Shown: piece after piece, positions 32,968-41,658 of the stretch
How positions within the stretch are numbered: the stretch's first letter is position 1
Layout: every line of letters starts with the position of its first letter
From: Cognaticolwellia sp.
Lineage (GTDB): Bacteria > Myxococcota_A > UBA796 > CAJQPC01
Direction: 5' to 3'
Length of the DNA stretch: 48,432 nt
Assembly: GCA_047621545.1 (NCBI GenBank)
Contig: JBLHMA010000002.1
Span: forward strand, 1-48,432
Notes under the pieces: model-generated
Database searches by the model: none
What the model saw: only the letters and a program-made list of their open reading frames with translations
What the model was told of the DNA's origin: nothing
Position numbers and translations under genes: made by a program

Positions 32968-34172
32968 GCAGCCAACTCCAGGCCAGCGCCGGTCCCAGCG
33001 GCCTTCAAAACATCGGCCCTCTGAGCTACGCCCTGTACCGGGCCACGAAGCGAGACCCTCAGGACGCACGCAAGCTGGCCAAGACCACATACGATGCCGA
33101 GGCCAACGCCCGGGAGGCCTACGCAGCGACCACGCGCAGTCCCTTCCAAGAACGCCTGGTGCGCTTCTGGAGCAACCACTTCTGCGTCTCCATCACCCAG
33201 GCTCGCTGCGTGGGGTTGGTGGGCAACTTCGAGCGACAGGCCATCCGCCCAAACCTGGACGGACACTTCTTAGACCTGTTGTTGGCCACCGCGCACCACC
33301 CCGCGATGCTGCTGTACCTGGACCAGACCCGCAGCGTGGGCCCGAACAGCCGGATGGGTCGCAAGCGCGAGAAAGGTCTGAACGAGAACTACGCCCGGGA
33401 GCTGATGGAACTGCACACCCTGGGGGTCAACGGCGGCTACACCCAGCAGGACGTACAGGCTCTGGCCGCCATCCTGACCGGTTGGGGCCTGGACCCGGGA
33501 CAGGGCAGACGAGACCCCTTCGAGTTCGATCCCAAGCGCCACGAGCCTGGCGATCACACCTTCCTAGGCCAACGCCTACGGGAAGGCGGACACGACCAGG
33601 GCATTGAGGCGCTGGGGCTGCTTGCCGCGCACCCGAGCACCGCAGTGTTCATCGCGACCAAGCTGGTACGCCACTTCGTCAGCGACACGCCCCACCCTCA
33701 AGACGTCGCCCACATCGCGCGCACCTTCACCCAGACCCAGGGCCACCTGCCGTCCGTACACGAGGCGCTGATCCATCTGGAGCGCGCCTGGCAGCCAGGG
33801 CACCCAAAGCTACGCACCCCTGCGGAGCTGGTCACCGCCATCGCCCGAGGCATGGGCTACAGCGCCCATGGAAGCGAACTTCTCCAAGGCCGCCGCGCAC
33901 TGGGTCAGATGCCCTGGGCAGCGCCCTCTCCTCAAGGTTGGCCAGACCAAACCAGCGCCTGGACCGGCCCGGACAGCATCGTGGCCCGCGTAGACCTGGC
34001 CAAGCGTTTCGCCGAGCGCGCTCAGCTTGAGGTAGACCCGATAGAGCTTGGGGAGCGGGTTCTTGGAGCCCGCTTTCCCGCCCGGGATCGAAAGCTCTTG
34101 GCCAGCCTGTCGCCTCTCCAGGGGGTGGCCGTGCTCTTCGCAAGCCCGAGCTTTCAGTGGAGGGCCCAGTGA
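32871..34172 (+). CDS. DUF1800-family protein
   Basis: N-terminal AASRFGLGPRP..L, then ELMELHTLGVNGGYTQQDVQALAAILTGWG. These motifs are typical of DUF1800, and the gene is paired with DUF1501 downstream. Confidence 0.8.
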   Translation: MDHAPEIAASRFGLGPRPSELARMRRDPRGWLSSQLQASAGPSGLQNIGPLSYALYRATKRDPQDARKLAKTTYDAEANAREAYAATTRSPFQERLVRFWSNHFCVSITQARCVGLVGNFERQAIRPNLDGHFLDLLLATAHHPAMLLYLDQTRSVGPNSRMGRKREKGLNENYARELMELHTLGVNGGYTQQDVQALAAILTGWGLDPGQGRRDPFEFDPKRHEPGDHTFLGQRLREGGHDQGIEALGLLAAHPSTAVFIATKLVRHFVSDTPHPQDVAHIARTFTQTQGHLPSVHEALIHLERAWQPGHPKLRTPAELVTAIARGMGYSAHGSELLQGRRALGQMPWAAPSPQGWPDQTSAWTGPDSIVARVDLAKRFAERAQLEVDPIELGERVLGARFPARDRKLLASLSPLQGVAVLFASPSFQWRAQ

Positions 34173-34186
34173 CGCCGATCAAGGGA

Positions 34187-35329
34187 ATGCAGCGGCGTGC
34201 CTTTTTGGGCGGGCTGCTTGGCCTGGCGGGCCTGACATTACTACCGAGCCGTTCCTTTGCAAAAGCGCCAGGGAGTCGGTTGATCCTTCTGATGCTGGAA
34301 GGAGCTGTCGACGGCCTGGCCCTCTGCCCACCCCACGCCGATCCGAACTACGCCCACGCCCGAGGTCACCTGGCCCTGCCCAGTCCCGAGCGCCCAGACG
34401 GCGTGGTCGACCTGGATGGCTTCTTTGGGCTGCACCCTTCCTTGGCCGCCTTGGCCGCGCTCTATGACAGCGGCGAGCTCGGAGTGGTGCACGCTACCGG
34501 ACAGCCCGGCAGCCGGCGCTCGCACTTCGAGGCGATGGACATGTTGCAAGGCGGCGGGCCCAAACCCCACAGCACCCGAACCGGCTGGCTGGGACGGGCC
34601 CTGGGTGCGGCGGGCTCAGCGGGCCTAGCCATCGGCAATCAGGTTCCCTTGATTCTGCAAGGGCCCGCCGAGATTGGCAGCATCGATCTGCAGCGAGACC
34701 TATCGTCGGACCAAGACTTTCTGCAGGTCATGGCCACACTCTATCAAGGGGACCCCACCTTGGGACCGGCCTACCAAGAGGGCCTGGAGCTGCGCAGCGA
34801 GCTGGCCGAGCAAGGCGTCATGACCCGGCCCAAGCGCAGCGATCATGGCCTGAGTCGCGGCTTAGCACTTCAGCTGGGACAGATACTAGCCAAAGAGGAC
34901 GGCCCTCAAGCCGCCGTGGTTCAGCTGGGTGGATGGGACACCCACACCAACCAGACCCGGCGACTGGACAGTGGCTTCTCCAAGCTGGCAGAGAGCCTGC
35001 TGGCTCTAAAAGAGGGACTCGGGCCACGCTGGCAGAACACTCTGGTTCTGGGACTGACCGAATTCGGCCGCAGCGTACGTGGCAACGGCACCAAGGGCAG
35101 CGACCACGGAAGCGCCTCCGCCACTCTCTTCGCAGGAGGAGCGGTGCTCGGCGGCCAAGTGATGGGGCCATGGCCCGGCCTGGCCCAACTGTACCAAGAT
35201 CGAGACTTAGCGGTGGGCACGGACATCCGCGATGTCCTGGCCGGCGCCTTGGTGCACCACCTGGGGCTTGCAGATCTGTCCACGGTGTTCCCCGAAAGCC
35301 AGCCCAGTCCGCTCCGCTTGGTGCGCTAA
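34187..35329 (+). CDS. DUF1501-family (sulfatase-fold) protein with a Tat signal
   Basis: Twin-arginine signal MQRRAFLGGLLGLAGLTLL, with AAGGGA just upstream. Motifs GGWDTH, TEFGRS and GSDHG. Confidence 0.85.
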   Translation: MQRRAFLGGLLGLAGLTLLPSRSFAKAPGSRLILLMLEGAVDGLALCPPHADPNYAHARGHLALPSPERPDGVVDLDGFFGLHPSLAALAALYDSGELGVVHATGQPGSRRSHFEAMDMLQGGGPKPHSTRTGWLGRALGAAGSAGLAIGNQVPLILQGPAEIGSIDLQRDLSSDQDFLQVMATLYQGDPTLGPAYQEGLELRSELAEQGVMTRPKRSDHGLSRGLALQLGQILAKEDGPQAAVVQLGGWDTHTNQTRRLDSGFSKLAESLLALKEGLGPRWQNTLVLGLTEFGRSVRGNGTKGSDHGSASATLFAGGAVLGGQVMGPWPGLAQLYQDRDLAVGTDIRDVLAGALVHHLGLADLSTVFPESQPSPLRLVR

Positions 35330-35341
35330 CAAGCCATGCCC

Positions 35342-36982
35342 CTATGGAGCAGCAGCAATCTCCGCCCGAGAGAGAAGATAGATCGCCGATTCACGGCCCG
35401 CTTCGATTCCGTTGACCCGCTGCACGGGGCTGTGGTTTTCCTGCACCCAAGCGTCAAAGACTCGGTTGGGAGACTGGTCCCATGGACCGCCGTTCTGGAG
35501 TTCCACTACGACCGCAATGGGGTCCCCGGCGCACTGACTAAGCACAAGGGTCTTGCAGGAGGCAAGGTTGGCAGGGTCGGGGCTACAGTAGTTGCCCGGG
35601 CAGCTGTCCACACCGGTGTAGAAAGCGACCACCTGCTGTGTGTTGACCACCGACCGAATGCCTGGCTCACCGACCGCCAAATCCGCGACGGCCAGACCCG
35701 TCGCGCGGTTTTGAAGCGCCTGCTCAATGGGCATGCGCGGCGGCCACTCGGTGACGAAGCCTTGAAGAGTGAGCCATGCCACGCCACCGCAGAGCGCGAG
35801 CGGCAGGACTCCGCAGGGCCACTTGGGCAGCTTCTTTCGTAACCCTGCTTCCAGGGCGGCAGCAGGGCTAGCCAGACCTCGCATGACCAACAGGATCACC
35901 AATGGCCGGAGGAAGTCTCGGTAGCGCTCGGGAGCCCGGGTGGCCTCCAGAAGGATCAGTGGCCCACACAGGACCAACAACCACAGGCCTGAGCGCCAGT
36001 CCCAAGGGCGCTTGTCTCGACCTGGGAGCCCCCAACCCACTACCCCAGCCCAGAGCAAAACAACCAAACTCCACCAGGGCAAACCGCTGTCCCGGAGCGG
36101 GGCCACGCCGCGCTGCACGGCGAGCATCGGGGCAGAGAGCAGGCGTTGAGAGAGGGGCTCGGCGACAGCTGCAGAGGCCGTAGGGTTGGCCACTCCTTCT
36201 TGATAGACCGCAAGGATCTGGGCCAGCCCCATGCTCTCGTAGGGCAACAGCAAGAACTTGAGCACCACAAAGCCTAGGAGCAGCGCCCCCACAGCCGGAA
36301 GAACCCGCCGCTTCCAATCGCCTTTGGCCTGCAGCATTCCGATGGCCAGGACCACGGGAAAAGCGAGCCCCAGGTAGTGCGTGCCGACCAGGAGCCCCAT
36401 GAGCAGACCTGGCGCAATCGCGCGCAGAGCATGCCCCTTAGTTGCCCACCAGGCGCTGGCCACCGCCGCCAAGAACACCGCACCAAAGACCGGGTCTACA
36501 CCGTACAACCCCTGGCTCTCGACCAAGTTAGGCAGCACCGCCATCCAGAGCGCCGCCCCCAGCGCCGCCCCTCTTCCAGAGGTCTGTACCCCCAGCCAGT
36601 ACAGCGCCACACAGGCCAAGGCCCCAGCCCCATGGTTGACCAAGTGTCCGCCCCAGACCACATCTCCACCTGGAGCGAACACCGCCGCGAGCGCCGTATA
36701 GACCGGCAACCGGTTGGGATCCAAGGGCGCATTCTGAGCCCAAGCCTCTGCGTTCGCCGCCCAGTTTCCTGCATCAGGTCCATACAGGACAAAGTCCCCA
36801 GGCCCGCCCCACTGCCACGCGCTCGCCGGAATGTCCTGGAGTCCAGGGGTCACCGGATCGCTCTGCCCGACAGGCCAGGCCAGCCACCTGAGCCAGAGCA
36901 CCAAAACTACCGCCAGGGCATCCACCGCGCCCCGAGCAGCCTTGGGGAGCCGGCGCTTCCAGGCCGGGCTCACAGGCGCCAC
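35342..36982 (-). CDS. Polytopic membrane protein, GT-C-like (ArnT/PMT-like) putative glycosyltransferase with a C-terminal periplasmic domain
   Basis: More than 10 TM segments. The first loop contains YGPDAGNWAANAE. A soluble Cys-containing C-terminal domain of about 130 aa follows. The start overlaps the upstream gene by 13 nt. Confidence 0.7.
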   Translation of the reverse strand: MAPVSPAWKRRLPKAARGAVDALAVVLVLWLRWLAWPVGQSDPVTPGLQDIPASAWQWGGPGDFVLYGPDAGNWAANAEAWAQNAPLDPNRLPVYTALAAVFAPGGDVVWGGHLVNHGAGALACVALYWLGVQTSGRGAALGAALWMAVLPNLVESQGLYGVDPVFGAVFLAAVASAWWATKGHALRAIAPGLLMGLLVGTHYLGLAFPVVLAIGMLQAKGDWKRRVLPAVGALLLGFVVLKFLLLPYESMGLAQILAVYQEGVANPTASAAVAEPLSQRLLSAPMLAVQRGVAPLRDSGLPWWSLVVLLWAGVVGWGLPGRDKRPWDWRSGLWLLVLCGPLILLEATRAPERYRDFLRPLVILLVMRGLASPAAALEAGLRKKLPKWPCGVLPLALCGGVAWLTLQGFVTEWPPRMPIEQALQNRATGLAVADLAVGEPGIRSVVNTQQVVAFYTGVDSCPGNYCSPDPANLASCKTLVLSQCAGDPIAVVVELQNGGPWDQSPNRVFDAWVQENHSPVQRVNGIEAGRESAIYLLSRAEIAAAP

Positions 36983-38805
36983 ACCCCATAGCGCCCGTCT
37001 CGGTAAACCAAGGTGGCGTTCTCCAAAAGCAAGGCCTCCCAGAGGGCCTCCGGGTCGGTGAACTGCTCCCGAAAGACGGCGTCACTCAGGAAGGGGTAGG
37101 TCTTGTGGATGAAGCGTACCCGGCCGCTGACCACGTGGGTCACGCCCAGCTGGCGCAGCACTTCGACGGTCTCTGGACCGTGCAGGTAGAGCAAGTGGCG
37201 CATGGGCACGTGGTCCTCGACTGAGCCCAGCAAGTAGGGCTTGTCCAGGTAGTAGCCAGCCCAAGCAAAAGTCAGTGCGATGCGCGCGTCGACTGGGGCC
37301 TCTTCATTGACCCACTGGATCGCGCTGTAGCCCGGCACCTCCTCCTCCAGCAGTTCCTGGGTAGTGCTGCTCCCAAAGGACACTTGCGCGAGCGGCAGGG
37401 CCTGCTCAAGGACTGGACGCAGGTTGCTGGGCAGGCCAATGACCCCAACACCCAGCGCAAGTGCCTGGCCCCACTTGGGCAACTGGGAGATCCCCAACCC
37501 CACCGCAAGGGCCAACAGCGGCGCCGCCGGGAGGAGGTAGCGCAGCCAGTGTGCACCGAGCGTCCACCCCAGCCATGCACAAGCCGCAGTGCCCAACACC
37601 ACTGCAAAGGCTGGTCGCTCTCGCGCCTTCCAAGCAGCCAGCGCCATTCCGGGGACCGCAGCCAGCCCCAACGGCGACATACGCCCCAAGAAGCCTTGGT
37701 ACTTGGTCGGGTCACCGTGCAGGGTGGCATTCCAGGGCAGCATCAGCATCGACAGGGCGTCTCGACCCATGCCGTAGCGCTCGATGTATGCGAACACAAA
37801 GCGGTCGCCAGCCGGCCATCCAGCGTACGGAAACAAAGGATGCAGACCCTCAAGCAGGTTGCGCGTCCACCACGGCGCGACCAATCCCAAAGCCAGGCAG
37901 GTGGTCAAGGCGCTGCGCTTGAGATCCCGGCGCTGGATCAGGTCGCAGAGGTACAGCCCAAAGACCACCGGCGCAGCGGTGTATTTGATGGATAGAGCTA
38001 TGCCTGAGAACAGGGCCATGCGCCAAGGCGCGTCGTCTAGCTGTGCCCGTAGTGCGTAGAGGCACATCAAGGCCGCAGGCAGATTATTGTCCGCCAACCC
38101 CAGTTCCCGCAGCACGGTGTAGCTGCCTACCAGCACAGCCAAGGCACCCCATCCCGCCCGAGTCGCCAGGCGCTCCCCGAGCCGATGTACCTCGGCCAAC
38201 AGCAACAGGGCAGCCCCCAGATGGAAGAGCTTGGGTCCTGCGCTGCCTCCAAAGGCGAGCAGCGCGGTGTAGCTCATGTGCAGGGGCACTGGCCGGGAAC
38301 CGTCGGGGGTGAGCATTCCGCCCACCAAGCCCCCCGTGTTCAGCATGAGCTTGGGCAAGGCCAAGTGTTGGTAGATCTCGTCGGTGTCGATGGGGGGGGC
38401 CAGCGCTACCCCCAACCCCAAGGCCGCCACGGGAACGAGCACCCAGAGCACCGCGGGGTCCAGGTCAATCTCCAGCTGTGGCTTGAGAATCCAGCCACAG
38501 CTGGCGGCAAGAGCCACCCCCCCCAACATCCAGCCGGACAGCATTCCTAGGGTAGCCAATAGGAGCAGCACCAAGCCGAGGACACCGATCCCAAGGGCCA
38601 TGGCCGGGCCAGCGCGGGCTTTTCCTAGTAGGGCACCGCCCAGACCTGTGGCCGCAAGAGCCCAGAGCATCACTGCGCCGAGTCCCTTCAGCCCGGGCAG
38701 GACACGGGGATCCACGCCGCTGGAGACCAACAGCGCGACCAGAAAGCACAGAACAGCCACCCCGGCCAAGTGCGGTACCCAAGCCCTGATTGCGCCAAGA
38801 TTCAT
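36970..38805 (-). CDS. Polytopic membrane protein, GT-C-like putative glycosyltransferase with a C-terminal periplasmic domain
   Basis: The ATG at 38805 overlaps the upstream stop as ATGA (MNLGAIRAWVPHLAGVAVLCFLV). There are many TM segments. The first periplasmic loop reads APPIDTDEIYQHLALPK (acidic D-x-D-type motif). The C-terminal domain is about 170 aa. Confidence 0.7.
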   Translation of the reverse strand: MNLGAIRAWVPHLAGVAVLCFLVALLVSSGVDPRVLPGLKGLGAVMLWALAATGLGGALLGKARAGPAMALGIGVLGLVLLLLATLGMLSGWMLGGVALAASCGWILKPQLEIDLDPAVLWVLVPVAALGLGVALAPPIDTDEIYQHLALPKLMLNTGGLVGGMLTPDGSRPVPLHMSYTALLAFGGSAGPKLFHLGAALLLLAEVHRLGERLATRAGWGALAVLVGSYTVLRELGLADNNLPAALMCLYALRAQLDDAPWRMALFSGIALSIKYTAAPVVFGLYLCDLIQRRDLKRSALTTCLALGLVAPWWTRNLLEGLHPLFPYAGWPAGDRFVFAYIERYGMGRDALSMLMLPWNATLHGDPTKYQGFLGRMSPLGLAAVPGMALAAWKARERPAFAVVLGTAACAWLGWTLGAHWLRYLLPAAPLLALAVGLGISQLPKWGQALALGVGVIGLPSNLRPVLEQALPLAQVSFGSSTTQELLEEEVPGYSAIQWVNEEAPVDARIALTFAWAGYYLDKPYLLGSVEDHVPMRHLLYLHGPETVEVLRQLGVTHVVSGRVRFIHKTYPFLSDAVFREQFTDPEALWEALLLENATLVYRDGRYGVWRL

Positions 38806-40232
38806 GGGATGCGCACCGCGCGCACTGCATCTTGAGCAAACACATCCTGCACATAGGGACCTACTTGAACCCAAGCGCCATCCTGCCACTTCTCTAAAGT
38901 CCAGTCGCCCTCCAACTCCGGAAGGGAATAGCGGACACCTTCAGGCACATAGGCGCCCTTGTAGGCCGCTCCCGCGCTGACTCTGGTCCCGGCACGCTGT
39001 GCGCGGGGATCGTCGTCGTCCCACACAAGCTCGGTGGCCGTGGCCACCATGGTGCGCTGGCCGTCGCGGTACAGCATCCACCCCTGGTAGCGGGAGGGGG
39101 CCCGCTGATGGCCCGGCCCGTCAGCTATCAGGCCGTCGCTGCATACGGCGTCCACATCTTGGCCGTTCCAGTGCTCCCAGCAAGCCACCGGTCCCCAAAG
39201 GCTCAAGCCCGTCGCGGAATGGGTGTCGCTGGGGTACCGGCGGCGCTCCCCCGTACGCAGATCCTGGACCACAACAAAGTGGGCCTCGATCCAGGCCACC
39301 CACTGCTCGGACGCCGCCACATGAACCTGATCGCCGGGAGCCCGGGCCAAGACTTGGGCGCTTCGACCGTTCTGGCTCAACAGCAGCACGTCCAGGCCCG
39401 TCCAAGCCGAATCGCGGCGGTCCACCCAGAGCACCGCAGACTCGCTCACTGCTGGCGCGTACCAGGAGGCGGGAGCAGCTGGCAGCTCTCGCCGGTGACC
39501 CGCATCCCAGGGCATCAGGACCACAGCGTCCCGGGTAAGCACGGCTACCTGTTCCGGCCCCACACCCACAGGTGCGATGGCGTTCAAGCGAGCCGCCTTG
39601 CCTGGATGCCAAGTCCAGTCCTGGCTCCTCCAGCCCCCTCGCGAGAGCCCATAGACCCCTTGCGCGCTTGCACCTGGGGATTCCATCGGAGGATCGAGCG
39701 GGCGCTCCGGCCCACCTTGAATGGGCAGTACCCGTGCCACCTTGCCGCCCTCACAGGCTAGGATCCAAGCCCCGCTCAACCTGGGGAAGCGCGGATCAAA
39801 GCAAGCATTGTCAGCGCCAGGCACAGGCCGCTTACCAATGGGCAGTGGGATCAGATCGGAGCGATTGCGTGCAGGCTGCACGTCCACAACCACCTCCGCG
39901 CCGTCCACCCGAATCACGGCTTTTCCCAGCATGGTCAGAGTGACCCACGCCTGGGTCCCGTCCGCTTGGTCTACACCCTCCCACGACAACGCGGCCGGCC
40001 AGGGGCCGGCATAGGCCAGATCGATCTGAATGGTCTGCCCCAGGGCTGGGTCCAGGCGCTCTGCGTGCACCAAGCTCGCCGTCTCTAAGGGAAGCGCGAC
40101 AGCGACGACCTGGGCCTTGGGCAAACCAGCACCGCCATCCGGTCCACATCCCATCCAAAGCAGCTTCCACATAGGAACCCCCAACGCAAGAAGGGCGGGG
40201 CTCCGAAGAACCCCGCCCATCTCAAACTTCAC
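38802..40232 (-). CDS. Hypothetical secreted protein or lipoprotein (476 aa), beta-rich
   Basis: Hydrophobic N-terminus ending LLWMGCG (weak lipobox) and a Trp-rich beta-type sequence. I recognise no family. The gene lies 8 nt downstream of the PKD lipoprotein gene. Confidence 0.7.
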   Translation of the reverse strand: MKFEMGGVLRSPALLALGVPMWKLLWMGCGPDGGAGLPKAQVVAVALPLETASLVHAERLDPALGQTIQIDLAYAGPWPAALSWEGVDQADGTQAWVTLTMLGKAVIRVDGAEVVVDVQPARNRSDLIPLPIGKRPVPGADNACFDPRFPRLSGAWILACEGGKVARVLPIQGGPERPLDPPMESPGASAQGVYGLSRGGWRSQDWTWHPGKAARLNAIAPVGVGPEQVAVLTRDAVVLMPWDAGHRRELPAAPASWYAPAVSESAVLWVDRRDSAWTGLDVLLLSQNGRSAQVLARAPGDQVHVAASEQWVAWIEAHFVVVQDLRTGERRRYPSDTHSATGLSLWGPVACWEHWNGQDVDAVCSDGLIADGPGHQRAPSRYQGWMLYRDGQRTMVATATELVWDDDDPRAQRAGTRVSAGAAYKGAYVPEGVRYSLPELEGDWTLEKWQDGAWVQVGPYVQDVFAQDAVRAVRIP

Positions 40233-40240
40233 GGACTGAA

Positions 40241-41656
40241 TCAGCCGTCACATGCCTCGTCGGAACCGGAGTCACCGTCCTCGACACCACAACACTCTAC
40301 GTTGACCGCGACATCGGTCTGCGTGATCTCGCCAGTACAGTCGGTGACCGACAGACGGACTACGTACTCGTTGGTGTCACAGACACTGGGCTCGGTGGCC
40401 AGAACATCTTCCAAGCTGATGTCGGTTGGAATCTCCGTAGTGGAGGAGAATACAGCCTCGCCCGAAATGACCGTCCACTCGTAGGTGAAGGGGTCGCCAT
40501 CCGCATCCGCGATGCTCACTGCGTCGAGCGCAACGGTCCAATCCTGGTCGTCACAGTCGTCACAGTCGTAGCTGTACCCAGACTCCTCACAGCAGGTGTA
40601 GCCTGCTGCGATGGTGGCGGGTGCAGTCACACTGACGGCGGGGGCCGAGTTGTAGCTACGCTCCCCCAACTCCAAAGTGACCATGTCCGGGGTCGACCAG
40701 CTGGAGCCGTCGTAGACAGTCAGCGAGACGACGTAGGTGCCAGCCATGTCAGCCCAAAGATTCGGACTCACTGCGCTGCGGTCACTGAAGTTCGCGTTGG
40801 TGGTCGCAGAACCGGCGGGAACACTCTGCACTTCCCAGAAGTACTCGATGGCATCGTTGTCCGGGTCAACAGACCCAGCACCATCGAGAACCACGTACGT
40901 ACAGTCCTCGGCAGCAACGTCTGCACCGGCGTTGGCCACTGGTGCGTTGTCGTCACCAGTGACGGTCACGCGGACCAAGTCACTCAGGGAGGTCGTGATG
41001 CCATTGTCAACGATCAACGTCAGTTCGTAGACACCACGGGCGTCTGGCGTGAAGCTGGAGGTCGCACTGTCCGCGCCACTCAAAGCGCTGTTGTCCAGCG
41101 CGGAGAGCTCAGGCGTAGAGTTGAAGGCCCAGCCGTATGCCAAGTCCAACCCAGTGGGGTCAAAGGACTTGGTTCCGTCCAAGGTCACAACCGATGCGAC
41201 CTCGACCGTCAGGTCGCTGCCAGCGTCTGCAACAGGGCGCGCGCCGTCCTCCATCTCCACCTGGACCACAACGTAGTCGGTGATGGAGTACAGGAAGCCG
41301 TCGTGGGCGCGGAGGCTGACCACATAGGTTCCAGGCAGGTCGGGGACGAAGCGGGTGCTCACCGCCTCGGCGTTGCCATTGCGGCTGAAGGGTGCGTCAC
41401 GTTCCGTGATCGCGGACCCTTCCGGTACGTGCTCGAAGCCCCAGTCGTAAAACAGGGTGTCGCCGTCTGGATCGAAGGAGCCAGATGCGTTCAAGTCAAC
41501 AGCACCGTAAGTGACAACTTGGTCCTCTCCCGCTTCCGCGGTTGGGGCCTCGTTGATGTCGACGGGGACCGAGTCCTCGGCTTCCTTGTTGCAAGCAACG
41601 AGGTTAGCCAGAGCAGCCAGACCGATAATTGCGATAGAGCGGTTCATGCTGGTCAT
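40241..41656 (-). CDS. PKD-like repeat lipoprotein with a Cys-rich C-terminal part
   Basis: Lipoprotein signal MTSMNRSIAIIGLAALANLVAC. Four to five repeats of the form AP.A.AG.D..V......V.LDG..S.DPDGD.L.Y.W. An insert reads YTCCEESGYSYDCDDCDD, and the protein ends VECCGVEDGDSGSDEACDG. Confidence 0.85.
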   Translation of the reverse strand: MTSMNRSIAIIGLAALANLVACNKEAEDSVPVDINEAPTAEAGEDQVVTYGAVDLNASGSFDPDGDTLFYDWGFEHVPEGSAITERDAPFSRNGNAEAVSTRFVPDLPGTYVVSLRAHDGFLYSITDYVVVQVEMEDGARPVADAGSDLTVEVASVVTLDGTKSFDPTGLDLAYGWAFNSTPELSALDNSALSGADSATSSFTPDARGVYELTLIVDNGITTSLSDLVRVTVTGDDNAPVANAGADVAAEDCTYVVLDGAGSVDPDNDAIEYFWEVQSVPAGSATTNANFSDRSAVSPNLWADMAGTYVVSLTVYDGSSWSTPDMVTLELGERSYNSAPAVSVTAPATIAAGYTCCEESGYSYDCDDCDDQDWTVALDAVSIADADGDPFTYEWTVISGEAVFSSTTEIPTDISLEDVLATEPSVCDTNEYVVRLSVTDCTGEITQTDVAVNVECCGVEDGDSGSDEACDG

Positions 41657-41658
41657 CC

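Noticed and set aside
38392-38399. Homopolymeric G/C8 tracts as phase-variation switches. They occur here inside the GT-C gene at its APPIDTDE motif, at 1650..1657 inside the HExxH gene, and at 4109..4116 upstream of the 113-aa gene.
   Set aside because: At this GC content a handful of 8-mers is expected by chance in 48 kb (rough estimate about 5). Two are simply Pro-Pro or Gly-Gly codons. There is no evidence of length variation.
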